From Spirochaetia bacterium (GTDB taxonomy: Bacteria; Spirochaetota; Spirochaetia; UBA9216): DNA of 64,000 bases. Position 1 is the first letter of the stretch. The number at the start of each line of letters is the position of its first letter. The notes below the pieces were generated by a model. The model saw nothing but the letters and a program-made list of their open reading frames with translations. It was not told the DNA's origin and searched no databases. Where the stretch lies: contig CAXXYH010000003.1 in the NCBI GenBank assembly GCA_963677925.2, forward strand, positions 1,248,001 to 1,312,000, written 5' to 3'. The position numbers and the translations under genes were made by a program. Shown piece after piece: positions 8,555 through 18,855 of this stretch.

Positions 8555-10765
8555 TCAACCATCAAAATTTCTATATTCACGGCTGAACCTGCCGGGTATT
8601 GCAATACAGAACGATGTTCCCTGCTTAGGTTTTGAATCAACAGTAATACTGCCGTCCAGGGCATCAACAATATTTTTCACAATGGCAAGACCAAGGCCCA
8701 TACCGCGGTGTATTTTTGTATAAATATTTTCAAGCTGCTGAAAGGGCTCAAAAATCAGAGGTAAGTCTTCCTTTTTAATTCCTGGTCCTTCATCTGAAAT
8801 TTTAAGGATGAGTTCATCCGCCAATTCAGTAATAGTACATATGATATCACCCTTATCAGAATATTTTATTGCGTTAGTAATAAGATTGTTAACAACCTGG
8901 GCAATACGGGTCTCATCTCCGTAAAAATATCCCGACTCATATTTTTTAAAAACTGACAGTTCAAGGTCCTTCATTTCCATAGAATCTCTGAAAATTTCGG
9001 AGGCAAGCATTGCCAGATTATCAATTCTGAAAAACTGCTTATTAATGGAAATTTTCCCGATACTGAACTGAGTGAAGTTCAGAAGATCCTCTATTATTGT
9101 CTTCAGGTTTTCAGAGGAAACGAGGGCAAGTTTATACCACTCACGTTCTTTATCGGTGAAAGAAGCTCCGGAGATCAGGGTGAGCATTCCGAAAACCCCG
9201 TTAAGAGGTGTCCGGAGTTCATGGCTGATATTTGCAAGAAAATCATTTTTTACTCTAAGAGCTGTTTCCGCCTTAATTCTTGCATGCTCCATCTGTTCGG
9301 ATATTTTTATTTTTTCAGTTACATCGTGTATGATCGCATATAGATATTCATGATTGCCTGTGCTAAGCCGTCCGCTGAATATCTCGACATGACGTGTGTC
9401 TTTCTTTGCAAGCTTTATTCTCATAGTCCTGCCGGATAATTCATCAAACTTGAAAGAACCTTCTTCAACATTCTCTTCATCGGCAAGCAGATTGTAAAGC
9501 GACAGATTTTTCAGAGCTTTTTCAGGATATCCAAGATAATCCATTGCAGCCTGATTCAAATCGATAATTCTGCTTGTAACCGGTTCGAACAGAATGATGA
9601 TTGATGTATTGTCATAAAAGAGACTTCTGTATTTCATTTCACTCTGACGAAGAGCTGACTCAGCCTTTTTCCTGATATTAATATTTATGAGTGAAAATAG
9701 AAGTAAAACTGCCATTATACTGAAAATGCTTACCGAACTTAGCACCAGAACCTTATTTTCCCTGAGAAAACTGTAAGGTCTGTTTATGATTTCAGAGTCG
9801 TTTGGCAGTTTTCTCAAACTGACTCCGAATCGCTTAAGTTCCTGAAAATCAAATATATAATGATTTTCAGCATCGCTCCGTATTGGCATTGAAGCCGAAG
9901 ATTCGCCGTTCAGGATTTTAAGGGCAGTTTCTGCGGCACTGATGGCCTGCTCATAATGACTAATCACCCTGCCTCCGAAAACACCGTCGCCAAAACCATG
10001 ATACCAGAGATGAAAGAGCGGGATTTTCAAATTCTCATAGATTATATTGAGGCTCTCATTGAAGAGCATGTTATTACCTTCACTATCAGTATAAGCAGAC
10101 AGGAGCAGTATACTTGTATCTCTTCCCAGACCGGAAAGAACCGCTGCAAATTCCTGCCATGAATAATCTTTAAGAGATATCGTTCTGAACTTATATGAAG
10201 GATACTCGCCCTGAAGCTCATTGAAAGCTCTTTCATCAGCAGTTCCGCTGGTAGTTGCATCTGAAATTGCTGCAATGGTTTCAGTTGAAGGGAAAAGAGA
10301 AATCATCAGCTCAATAGTATCCTTCATTGAGACGGCTTCAATGAACCCTGTAACCAGCGGATCATCATTATAACTCAGCGCCTGAGCGATATCATTAACC
10401 CCGAAAAACACTATCGGAACATCTTCAAAAAACTCATCCCGCATACTCATGCAGAAAGCAAGCGCATTATCATCAGCGGTGATTACCAAATCATATTTTG
10501 GAACATGCTGAAACTTATAGGTAATAAAATCTTTCCTGAGATTGATGACCTGTCCTGTATTAAAACGCTTTGAATCCAGGAATTCCATATCCAGAAGTAC
10601 ATGCTGCTTATCCAGTACAGAACGCAATCCGTCAATCTGATGATTGAAGGTTGGAAATGAGGGATTATATGAACTAATAAATAGGATTCTTTTAAAATGA
10701 TCATGAGCAGAGGCCGGCAGACATAACGTCAGCATAATCAGAATCAGGACACACTTCTTAAGCAT
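8555..10765 (-). CDS. Sensor histidine kinase (periplasmic SBP-like sensor, TM, PAS, HisKA/HATPase)
   Basis: FLANISHELRTPLN H-box, NLITNAIKY, DEGPGI and GMGLGLAI; signal peptide. Alternative start 10795. Confidence 0.92.
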   Translation of the reverse strand: MLKKCVLILIMLTLCLPASAHDHFKRILFISSYNPSFPTFNHQIDGLRSVLDKQHVLLDMEFLDSKRFNTGQVINLRKDFITYKFQHVPKYDLVITADDNALAFCMSMRDEFFEDVPIVFFGVNDIAQALSYNDDPLVTGFIEAVSMKDTIELMISLFPSTETIAAISDATTSGTADERAFNELQGEYPSYKFRTISLKDYSWQEFAAVLSGLGRDTSILLLSAYTDSEGNNMLFNESLNIIYENLKIPLFHLWYHGFGDGVFGGRVISHYEQAISAAETALKILNGESSASMPIRSDAENHYIFDFQELKRFGVSLRKLPNDSEIINRPYSFLRENKVLVLSSVSIFSIMAVLLLFSLININIRKKAESALRQSEMKYRSLFYDNTSIIILFEPVTSRIIDLNQAAMDYLGYPEKALKNLSLYNLLADEENVEEGSFKFDELSGRTMRIKLAKKDTRHVEIFSGRLSTGNHEYLYAIIHDVTEKIKISEQMEHARIKAETALRVKNDFLANISHELRTPLNGVFGMLTLISGASFTDKEREWYKLALVSSENLKTIIEDLLNFTQFSIGKISINKQFFRIDNLAMLASEIFRDSMEMKDLELSVFKKYESGYFYGDETRIAQVVNNLITNAIKYSDKGDIICTITELADELILKISDEGPGIKKEDLPLIFEPFQQLENIYTKIHRGMGLGLAIVKNIVDALDGSITVDSKPKQGTSFCIAIPGRFSREYRNFDG

Positions 10766-10863
10766 ATTTAAATTATATGAAAGATGAAAGCGCAATGCAA
10801 TTATTATTTCATTTCTTCCGGCGACCCTTGAATTCCATTAAAAATAATCTGGTTTAAATTAAT

Positions 10864-12339
10864 ATGCCCGGAGACTATTTTTCTAATGATCCAGTTCAGC
10901 GAACTGCCGCGGAGAGTTTCGATCTGAAATTTCTTTATCCGTATCAAAGGCTTGTAATTGCAAACATTCTTGAAACCGCAGGCTTTTATGGAGCTGAGAA
11001 GAATAATGAAGAAAATGAGAAGACAGATTATCGCTCCAGGCAGATAGTAATTCTCCCGACCGGTGCAGGTAAAAGTCTCTGTTTCATGCTTCCCTCTCTC
11101 CTGCTGTCAGGCCCCACACTTATAATCTTCCCTCTTCTATCACTTATAGCCGATCAAAAACGCCGCTGTGATGATGCCGGAATCAGTTCCGCAGCCCTCA
11201 CCGGAGGACAAAGCAGGAAGGAAAGGGATGAAATATTCAGAAGTATTGTAAACGGCAGCCTGCGTATAATACTGTCTAATCCGGAAACAGCTCTATCTCC
11301 GCCGGTATTCAGGCGTTTGTCGGAGGCCGGAATATCTCATTTGGTTTTTGATGAGGTGCATACGGTATCTGAGTGGGGAGACAGTTTCCGCCCCGTATAC
11401 CTGGAGTGCCGGAAGCTGATCGCTGAAATGAATATTCCTGTGGTAACAGCATTCACCGCTACGGCATCTGAAACCGTGTTGTCCAGGATTATCGAGATAC
11501 TTTTTCCAGGCGAATCACCTCATATAATTTCAGCAAATCCTGACCGTCCTAATATTTCATACAGCGTTCATCCCTGCCTGTCTAAAATCCATGAACTTGA
11601 AATACAGATAAAAACAGCCTGCAGACCTATCCTGGTCTTCTGCGGAAAGAGAAAGACTGCAGAAAGAACAGCTGTGCTTCTGAGGCTGCGGCTCCGTGAA
11701 AAGCAGGTATTCTTCTACCACGCAGGCCTTACTAAAGCGGAAAAAAAGAAGATTGAAAACTGGTACTTCAATTCCGCCGACGGGATTCTGCTGGCAACGA
11801 CTGCATACGGAATGGGTGTTGATAAGCCGAATATTCGAACTGTAATACACTATGATCTTTCACCATCTGTTGAGGCATATCTGCAGGAATCCGGACGTGC
11901 GGGACGTGATCGTGAACCCGCTGCAGCAATCCTGCTTTTGAAAAAAACAGATTATCTGCGCCATACCGTCATTTCACGCGATTCTTTACCGGAAAGGTTT
12001 CAAAAGCTGCTGGGATTTGCACTTAACACCGCCAAATGCAGGCGTGAATCACTGATGGAGCTGCTCGGAGCGGAACCTGAAGCCTGTTTCGGATGTGATG
12101 TTTGCAGCGGCAGCGCTGTTACGGCCGATAAATGGGAACAGAGAATTATCAGTTTTATAAGAAGAAATCCATTGTGCTATACACCTGCAGGTGCCGCAGA
12201 AAAGCTCAACAGCCTTTCGAATGAAATTGAGAAGGATGATGCGGAGGAGATGATAGAAGACCTGCTGCTAACAGGAAAACTTTCTTTATCAAAGAAAGGG
12301 TTTCTTAAAAAAAAGAGAAGGACCGAAGCCCTTCTCTAA
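10864..12339 (+). CDS. recQ: RecQ-family ATP-dependent DNA helicase
   Basis: LPTGAGKS, DEVH, SEWGDSFRP, TATA, QESGRAGRD and Zn site CRR..CFGCDVC; no obvious HRDC domain. Confidence 0.9.
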   Translation: MPGDYFSNDPVQRTAAESFDLKFLYPYQRLVIANILETAGFYGAEKNNEENEKTDYRSRQIVILPTGAGKSLCFMLPSLLLSGPTLIIFPLLSLIADQKRRCDDAGISSAALTGGQSRKERDEIFRSIVNGSLRIILSNPETALSPPVFRRLSEAGISHLVFDEVHTVSEWGDSFRPVYLECRKLIAEMNIPVVTAFTATASETVLSRIIEILFPGESPHIISANPDRPNISYSVHPCLSKIHELEIQIKTACRPILVFCGKRKTAERTAVLLRLRLREKQVFFYHAGLTKAEKKKIENWYFNSADGILLATTAYGMGVDKPNIRTVIHYDLSPSVEAYLQESGRAGRDREPAAAILLLKKTDYLRHTVISRDSLPERFQKLLGFALNTAKCRRESLMELLGAEPEACFGCDVCSGSAVTADKWEQRIISFIRRNPLCYTPAGAAEKLNSLSNEIEKDDAEEMIEDLLLTGKLSLSKKGFLKKKRRTEALL

Positions 12340-12366
12340 TTTCATGTTCAATTTAACTGTTCAATA

Positions 12367-12975
12367 CTAGAGCCCTGCAAGATAAAGTTCATTTACCCTC
12401 TTCCAGTTGATTACATTGAAAAAATTCTCAATATATTCCGGGCGCCTGTTCTGATATTTAAGATAATAGGCATGCTCCCAGACATCCAGTCCAAGAACAG
12501 GAGTCAGTCCTTCGGAGAGCGGGCTGTCCTGGTTGGCAGTGCTGATTACACCTACCTTGCCGCTGTTTTCCGAAACAAGCCAGGCCCAGCCGCTCCCGAA
12601 TCTTGAGGCGGCAGCATTGGAAAAAGCCGAAACAAAATCGGAAAAACCGCCGATATCTCTTTGAATAGCATCGGCAACTGCACCTTCCGGCATCCCTCCA
12701 GCTGACGGTGACATAATCTCCCAGAACAGACTGTGATTATAATGTCCTCCCCCGTTATTCTGCACTGCTGTTCTAATATCAGATGGAAGCTGATCAAGCT
12801 CCTTCAGAAGTTTATCAACAGGCCAGCTGCTGTATTCTGTTCCATCAACTGCAGCATTAAGTTTTGAAGTGTAACCAGTATGATGTTTATCATGGTGAAT
12901 CTGCATTGTAGCCTTATCAATATAGGGCTCAAGTGCATCGTATGCATATGGTAAATCTGGTGTTGTAAAAGACAT
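12367..12975 (-). CDS. sodA: Fe/Mn superoxide dismutase (Mn-type signature)
   Basis: [32 protein letters not shown] and DVWEHAYY. Confidence 0.95.
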   Translation of the reverse strand: MSFTTPDLPYAYDALEPYIDKATMQIHHDKHHTGYTSKLNAAVDGTEYSSWPVDKLLKELDQLPSDIRTAVQNNGGGHYNHSLFWEIMSPSAGGMPEGAVADAIQRDIGGFSDFVSAFSNAAASRFGSGWAWLVSENSGKVGVISTANQDSPLSEGLTPVLGLDVWEHAYYLKYQNRRPEYIENFFNVINWKRVNELYLAGL

Positions 12976-13107
12976 TTATGTCCTCCTTACTTTTTATTAT
13001 TACTAATTTACTCATATATCATAATAAAGTAAAATTTTCCCGGCATTAACCATACTTTATGTATACAGACTGTTCATAATAGTTTTAACAGGGTATTATC
13101 ATGACTA

Positions 13108-13875
13108 ATGGAAATAACTGTACTTGGGTCAGGCACGTCCTGCGGTGTTCCAACCATCAACTGCAGCTGTGATGTCTGCAGTTCCAAAGATCCCCATGAC
13201 AACAGAACCAGAGCTTCAATCTGGATACAGTCAGAGGAACTCTCAATTATCATTGATACTTCAACAGACCTCAGATTCCAGGCATTGCGGGAAAAAATTA
13301 CTGCCCTTGACTGCATTCTTATTACACATGGACATGCTGATCATATTCACGGAATGGATGATATACGCCCATTCTCTTCAAAAAGACCGATTCCGGTATA
13401 TGGAAATGAAATTACCATAAAAGAGGTTGAAGAACGTTTCAGCTATATATTCAAACTTACCCAAAGAGGCGGCGGAAAGCCCAGAATAAAGCTGAATGAA
13501 ATTAAGCCGGAAGAATATAACCTGGGCTTTAAAGTCGGTTCATTAAGAATTCTTCCAGTCCCGATGCTGCATGGTAACCTGGAGACTACCGGATACCGAA
13601 TAGGTGATTTTGCCTATCTCTCAGACTGCAGCAGTATTCCCGAAGCCAGCTTCAAAAAACTTGAGGGCGTAAAATATCTGATTATTGACGGACTCAGGTA
13701 TCGTGAACATCCGACACATTTTACCATTCCCGAAGCCATGGAAGCTGCGAAAAGGATCGGTGCAGAGAAAACCTGGTTTACCCATCTTTGCCATGATTTC
13801 AGTCATAAACAGTTAAAGCAGAAGCTGCCTGACGGCTTTGCTCCTGCTTTTGACGGGTTAAAAATATATATATGA
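13108..13875 (+). CDS. MBL-fold metallo-hydrolase (PhnP-like)
   Basis: LGSGTSCGVP..CSCDVC, THGHADHIHG and THLCH. Confidence 0.9.
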   Translation: MEITVLGSGTSCGVPTINCSCDVCSSKDPHDNRTRASIWIQSEELSIIIDTSTDLRFQALREKITALDCILITHGHADHIHGMDDIRPFSSKRPIPVYGNEITIKEVEERFSYIFKLTQRGGGKPRIKLNEIKPEEYNLGFKVGSLRILPVPMLHGNLETTGYRIGDFAYLSDCSSIPEASFKKLEGVKYLIIDGLRYREHPTHFTIPEAMEAAKRIGAEKTWFTHLCHDFSHKQLKQKLPDGFAPAFDGLKIYI

Positions 13876-13892
13876 TTAATAGATATGCTGGA

Positions 13893-14084
13893 TTAGACTG
13901 CTTTCTGAACTTTACCGGATCTGAGGCAACTTGTACAAATTTTTACTTTCTGCTTTTTGCCGCCGATCAGGGCCTGGATCTTAACCAGATTAGGTTTCCA
14001 GACTCTTCTGGTTTTGTTATGTGCATGGCTGACATTATTGCCGCTTACAGTTCCTTTTCCACATATATCACATTTACGGGCCAT
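13893..14084 (-). CDS. rpmB: 50S ribosomal protein L28
   Basis: [36 protein letters not shown]. Confidence 0.97.
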   Translation of the reverse strand: MARKCDICGKGTVSGNNVSHAHNKTRRVWKPNLVKIQALIGGKKQKVKICTSCLRSGKVQKAV

Positions 14085-14152
14085 TATATTCCTACCTTTG
14101 CTTGTATACTGGGTCTGTAATCTACCAGAATTTCAATTTTATGTAAAGGCAT

Positions 14153-14785
14153 ATGAACAATAGAATAGAAAAGATTTACCAAATACTGAACAGGCTTGCA
14201 CCGGAACAAATCGTTTTCCTGCAAGCAGATACTACCTATAAATTGCTTATAGGCGTCATCCTCTCGGCACAGACTACCGATAATCAGGTAAACATAGTGC
14301 TTCCGGAGCTCTTCAGACACTACCCTACTCCCGAGGCCCTGGGAAGAGCTTTCAGACCGGATGTCGAAGAAATTATACGGTCTACCGGTTTTTACTCTGT
14401 AAAAGCCGCCAATATCATCGCAACCGGTAAAATGCTGGCTGAAGAGTTCGGCTCGGAAGTTCCTGGTAAAATGGAAGAACTTTTGAAACTTCCTGGAGTT
14501 GGAAGAAAAACAGCAAATGTTATACTGGGAGCCTGCTTTGACAAACCGGCAATTATTGTTGATACACATTTTTCAAGAACTGTAAGGCGGCTTGGATTCA
14601 CAGATGAAAAAACTCCTGAAAAGATTGAATCGGATCTCAGGGGAAAAATTGATCCTGAAATACAATACCGTTTTTCTATGCTGTTTAATAAATTAGGAAG
14701 AGATTTCTGTAAATCAAGAAAACCCGAATGTATGAACTGTCCGATTAATGAATACTGTGATTCAGCAGATAAAACTGCATTCTGA
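14153..14785 (+). CDS. nth: Endonuclease III
   Basis: LSAQTTD, HhH motif LPGVGRKTAN, VDTH and the C-x6-C-x2-C-x5-C 4Fe-4S motif. Confidence 0.95.
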   Translation: MNNRIEKIYQILNRLAPEQIVFLQADTTYKLLIGVILSAQTTDNQVNIVLPELFRHYPTPEALGRAFRPDVEEIIRSTGFYSVKAANIIATGKMLAEEFGSEVPGKMEELLKLPGVGRKTANVILGACFDKPAIIVDTHFSRTVRRLGFTDEKTPEKIESDLRGKIDPEIQYRFSMLFNKLGRDFCKSRKPECMNCPINEYCDSADKTAF

Positions 14786-14789
14786 TTTT

Positions 14790-15233
14790 TCAGCTGTTGA
14801 TATTTTTTTCCCAGTTTGCCCGGGATACAGGCTCGCCCTTATCAAGGATACCTGTTATATAGGTACTGCAGTTTTTAAACCGTTCCGCGGTTTCTGAATC
14901 GATGACATGCTCAATATTACAGGCCTGCTCAACGGCTCTGGAATGCGGAAGCAGCAGAATCTTTTCAAGAAACTCTACAAGAACTGAATGTTTGTTAAAG
15001 ATATCTTCAGCAGCTGTCTTTCCTTCATCAGTCAGGCTGATAAAAGAGTTTTTTTCGTAATTTACCAGCCCCTTCTCACGAAGGTTTTTCAATGCCCCAG
15101 TTACCGAAGGCATTTGCACATTTAAATGGGCTGCAATGTCTCTTACCCGGGCTACACGATGCCGGTTTTCAAGGATAAGTATCGCTTCGAGATAATCTTC
15201 AAGACTTGGTGAAAGAGATTTACATTCAGCCAT
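14790..15233 (-). CDS. DtxR/MntR-family metal-dependent regulator
   Basis: SLEDYLEAI, HTH ARVRDIAAHLNVQMPSVT and ACNIEH. Confidence 0.9.
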   Translation of the reverse strand: MAECKSLSPSLEDYLEAILILENRHRVARVRDIAAHLNVQMPSVTGALKNLREKGLVNYEKNSFISLTDEGKTAAEDIFNKHSVLVEFLEKILLLPHSRAVEQACNIEHVIDSETAERFKNCSTYITGILDKGEPVSRANWEKNINS

Positions 15234-15277
15234 AATGATAATAATATATAGGATAAAAGAGAGAGAATAAAGTCTTT

Positions 15278-16927
15278 ATGAAAGGAATATCTGAAAAAAC
15301 CAGTAAAAAGCTTAATGAACTGCGGCAAGGTTACTTTTCTAAGCTGCCCCGAAGATTCAACGAGATAAAAACACTGTCTTCCCAGGCTGTTGCAGCCCAG
15401 TCGGATTACGAAGTAATGGCCGGCCTGAAAATGGCGCTTCACAAGATTGCAGGTTCTGCAGCGACCTTCGGTATCAATCGACTGACCGAAACAGCAGGTA
15501 AATTTGAAATACTGATAGAAACAATTATCGGTTCAAGCGCCAATATTGACCAGGCTGCGACAAAACTGATTCATCAGTATCTGCTGGAAATGAGGGAAAT
15601 CTGTGCTGATCCTGAAAAATACTCTGAAAATACCGGACTGGATGAGGACGGAGATAACACAGGAAGCGGAACAGAAAAAAAGATAGTCTTTGTACTTGGA
15701 GAGAAAGACTCTGTTGCAAAGGATCTTTCTGAACAGCTCGGCTACTTCGGTTACCATGTAGAGATACTGAAGAGCTTCTCGGCTCTCAAGGAACATATGG
15801 AAGCGGCTGACAATGAACTTCTTATTCTTAACTCTTCGATAATAGAAAACAATCCGAAAACTGCAGATGTTGTTAAAAATATAAAATACGATTACAAACG
15901 CCAGCTTGGAATTATCTTTTTCTCCTATAAAGATAATTTTGACATCCGGCTTGACTGTGTAAAAGCCGGAGGCGATGATTTCTTTACGGTTCCGCTGGAT
16001 GTCAGCAGGCTGATAGACAGGGTTGATTCACTTACAAAGGATGAAAACACCAACCCCTTTCATATTCTGATAATCGATGACGATCCCGAACAGGTATCCT
16101 ACTATGCACTTCTGCTGCAGCAGGCCGGAATGATTACTTCAGTTGCATCAGATCCTAGAAAAGTTCTGGACATTATGGCGGAATCAAAGCCTGATCTTAT
16201 TCTAATGGATATGTATATGCCCGGATGCGACGGTCCGGAGCTTGCCTCAATAATCAGGCAGCAGGAAGCATTTCTCAGTATCCCTATTGTGTATCTCAGC
16301 TATGAATCCAATAAAGAGATACAGCTTGAAGCAATGAGAACCGGAGGCGACGACTTCCTCACAAAACCAATAAAGGCTCATCATCTTATAACCTCGGTTA
16401 TGGCAAAAGCCGAAAGAACCAGAAGCCTTCGATATTTCATGGAGCGCGATTCACTTACCGGTCTGTTAAACCACACAAATACAAAAGAATCGCTTGCTAA
16501 TGAAGTGTTAAGGGCTGAACGTTCCGAGGGAAATATGTGTTTTGCGATGATTGATATTGATCATTTTAAAAAGGTCAACGATGAGCATGGACATATGACC
16601 GGAGACAGAGTCCTCAAAAGTCTTTCACGGCTGCTTCAGGATCGACTGCGCAGAACTGATATTATCGGACGCTACGGGGGTGAAGAATTTGCTGTAATTC
16701 TGATAAACACCGATATAACTAATGCCTCACGTATAATGGATAAGATAAGGCAGAACTTCAGTCAGATACGGCAAATTTCAGCCGAAGGTGATTTCTATGT
16801 AACTTTCAGCTGCGGAATTGCCTCATTCCCGTCCTACCGCGGGGCTTCGGAGCTAAATAGCGCGGCGGACCAGGCCTTATACAAGGCGAAGGATAAAGGA
16901 CGTAACCAAATAGTTACCGCCGGCTGA
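15278..16927 (+). CDS. Hpt-REC-REC-GGDEF diguanylate cyclase
   Basis: Hpt HKIAGSAATFG, receiver DDD..DMYMP..KP, RRTD I-site and GRYGGEEF. Confidence 0.92.
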   Translation: MKGISEKTSKKLNELRQGYFSKLPRRFNEIKTLSSQAVAAQSDYEVMAGLKMALHKIAGSAATFGINRLTETAGKFEILIETIIGSSANIDQAATKLIHQYLLEMREICADPEKYSENTGLDEDGDNTGSGTEKKIVFVLGEKDSVAKDLSEQLGYFGYHVEILKSFSALKEHMEAADNELLILNSSIIENNPKTADVVKNIKYDYKRQLGIIFFSYKDNFDIRLDCVKAGGDDFFTVPLDVSRLIDRVDSLTKDENTNPFHILIIDDDPEQVSYYALLLQQAGMITSVASDPRKVLDIMAESKPDLILMDMYMPGCDGPELASIIRQQEAFLSIPIVYLSYESNKEIQLEAMRTGGDDFLTKPIKAHHLITSVMAKAERTRSLRYFMERDSLTGLLNHTNTKESLANEVLRAERSEGNMCFAMIDIDHFKKVNDEHGHMTGDRVLKSLSRLLQDRLRRTDIIGRYGGEEFAVILINTDITNASRIMDKIRQNFSQIRQISAEGDFYVTFSCGIASFPSYRGASELNSAADQALYKAKDKGRNQIVTAG

Positions 16928-17459
16928 CGGACTTGATGTAACGCTCATCAAGATATTCAACAACTACATCTTCCCACCATTTAGACGTATCAACAGTCAG
17001 CTTTAAAATGGACAAGCGGCAGCTTTTCCATTTTTTAATATTATCAGGAAGAGCCTCGATACGGGCTTTCAGGATCGGCAGCACACTTCCCGCACCGCTC
17101 TCATTCAAATCAGCCATATAGAGTCCTTCGCAGGAGCCTAAAACAGAATTATCAGGATTACCATCTGCAATCTGAGCAGCAATCCCCGAGAAAAAGCCGT
17201 AATCGTTCTCCCAGCCAATCGACAGCCGATTCTGCTTCTCATTAATTTGATTAAAAACAATACCGGATGAAGGAAAGCCTGAGATTTCAAGTTTTCCCAA
17301 ATTTACTGCGGTGTCAGCTGGTGCTACAGGAACCATCGGAGTTAGCGCCCAGGCAGAAATAACACCCGTGGTATAGAAGAGCTCTTTCTTTAAGCGCAGA
17401 ATTTCCATCTCGATATGATTCTGAGGTACTGCTGCAAGTAAAAATAATTCTTTTTTCAT
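16914..17459 (-). CDS. Hypothetical protein
   Basis: About 180-aa ORF filling the gap; no motif recognised. Confidence 0.6.
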   Translation of the reverse strand: MKKELFLLAAVPQNHIEMEILRLKKELFYTTGVISAWALTPMVPVAPADTAVNLGKLEISGFPSSGIVFNQINEKQNRLSIGWENDYGFFSGIAAQIADGNPDNSVLGSCEGLYMADLNESGAGSVLPILKARIEALPDNIKKWKSCRLSILKLTVDTSKWWEDVVVEYLDERYIKSVSRR

Positions 17460-17509
17460 AATTCTGTATTTGCTATGAATCATACCCTGTTTATGTTAGA
17501 ATATACAAT

Positions 17510-18283
17510 ATGAGACAAAGAGTTCAGAAAATTTCAGCTACCCTTTCCGAGCGTCTATCCGGATGGAAAGAAGTAGACTCAATAACCGCAATGAAGGCTG
17601 CCGATGAAGATCTTACAAGTCCGTATTTTTTCATCAGCCTTGATGTTTATTACAGGGGTGATATTCCACCAGCCGAAACAAGGCAGAAGCTTTTTTCTGA
17701 TGCGGGCGCATTTGAATCTTCCAGCCACGGAAAGAAGGACCGCTTTTTCATGGACGAAATTCCGGTGCGAATAGAATTCAAGGACATGGAACGAATAAAC
17801 CATATACTGAATATTAATCCTGACAATTTCTGGACCTTCAGAGCCACCGGAACTTATATGTTTTACCGCATCATGAACGGACGGGTACTCTTTCAGAAAA
17901 GTCCCTGGCTTAACCAGGTAAGGGAAAAACTGGCGGAGATTCCCGAGCATTTCTGGACACTACTGATCAACTCATGCCTGACAACAATGGAACACTATCT
18001 TGTGGATGTGAAGTCATCGGCAGTACTTGGAGATCAGCTGTTTTATACACTGTCGCTTAGCGGCTTTCTTAAGAGTTTTATAAGCCTGATGTTTGCCATC
18101 AATCATACCTTTGAACCTTCATCAAGGAATCTGAAGTCTCAGATGGACTCGCTTTCACTCACCCCCGAGCATTTTAAGAGCCGGTTCGGCATCCTGTTTT
18201 CAGACCAGGAAGAGATGTCCCCGGAACGTAAAGCCGAGATTTGCGAACTTCTGGCAAGAAGCGTAATTCCCTTTATAAAATAG
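17510..18283 (+). CDS. DUF4037-like / nucleotidyltransferase-fold protein
   Basis: Pol-beta-like N-terminal domain (degenerate, SLDVYY) followed by a helical domain (LMFAINHTFEPS). Confidence 0.6.
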   Translation: MRQRVQKISATLSERLSGWKEVDSITAMKAADEDLTSPYFFISLDVYYRGDIPPAETRQKLFSDAGAFESSSHGKKDRFFMDEIPVRIEFKDMERINHILNINPDNFWTFRATGTYMFYRIMNGRVLFQKSPWLNQVREKLAEIPEHFWTLLINSCLTTMEHYLVDVKSSAVLGDQLFYTLSLSGFLKSFISLMFAINHTFEPSSRNLKSQMDSLSLTPEHFKSRFGILFSDQEEMSPERKAEICELLARSVIPFIK

Positions 18284-18326
18284 ACTTATGAGCTGATTAT
18301 TAGATTAAAATATTGCCGCTTAAGAC

Positions 18327-18355
18327 TTGACTCATGTCTGCAAAATTCTTATACT
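18327..18355 (+). promoter_or_regulatory. Sigma70 promoter of the tRNA pair
   Basis: TTGACT, 17-nt spacer, TATACT; about 20 nt upstream of tRNA-Pro. Confidence 0.75.
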
Positions 18356-18375
18356 TTGCAGACTTCATGAGAAAC

Positions 18376-18448
18376 CGGGATGTAGCCTAGTGGCTAAGGC
18401 GCCTGCTTTGGGAGCAGGAGATCGCGAGTTCGAGTCCCGCCATCCCGA
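18376..18448 (+). tRNA. tRNA-Pro(TGG)
   Basis: Acceptor stem CGGGATG/CATCCCG, anticodon arm CCTGC-TTTGGGA-GCAGG, T-loop GTTCGAG; no encoded CCA. Confidence 0.95.
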
Positions 18449-18468
18449 TAGCGGAAATATCTGCACGA

Positions 18469-18542
18469 GCGTCCATAGCTCAGCTGGATAGAGCAACGGC
18501 CTTCTAAGCCGTAGGTCAGAGGTTCGAATCCTCTTGGACGTA
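18469..18542 (+). tRNA. tRNA-Arg(TCT)
   Basis: Acceptor stem GCGTCCA/TGGACGT, anticodon arm ACGGC-CTTCTAA-GCCGT, GGTTCGAATCC; no encoded CCA. Confidence 0.95.
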
Positions 18543-18546
18543 AATG

Positions 18547-18581
18547 AAACGAGTTCACCTTTAGGTGGGCTCGTTTTTTTT
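18547..18581 (+). terminator. tRNA operon terminator
   Basis: AAACGAGTTCACCT-tt-AGGTGGGCTCG followed by T8. Confidence 0.85.
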
Positions 18582-18590
18582 GTACAAATT

Positions 18591-18713
18591 GGGAAGATTC
18601 GAACCGAGTGCGCGCGCGAAGCGGAAGCGAGGCACGATGCCGAGCGCCAGCGAACGAGGCGGCTTGGCCGAGCCTGCCGGATGCAGGCTACAAACAAGCG
18701 AATCCTCTTGGAC
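18591..18713. repeat. GC-rich tRNA-derived mini-element
   Basis: Left end GGGAAGATTCGAACC is antisense to the tRNA-Arg T-arm. Right end CGAATCCTCTTGGAC (18699-18713) is an exact 15-bp copy of 18525-18539. Confidence 0.7.
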
Positions 18714-18855
18714 TGCGTTATGCTATATAGTCTCTCCCTGAAAGCAGCACAGAGACGAAGTCGAGGTACCGTAAAAAATACCGAAGTGACCGTAAGGTTG
18801 CCGTGAGAACTGCTTTTAGTTATTCAGAGCTTTAAACAAGAAAGTTCCGCTTTAT

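Noticed and set aside
12976-13060. Possible PerR/DtxR box upstream of sodA
   Set aside because: Only a weak AT-rich match, not distinguishable from background by eye.
15278-16927. Three diguanylate cyclases in 64 kb
   Set aside because: They are unlinked, have ordinary architectures, and such numbers are common in free-living signalling-rich bacteria.
18365-18806. ORFs 18365-18697(-) and 18534-18806(+)
   Set aside because: They overlap the tRNAs, terminator and GC-rich element; spurious.
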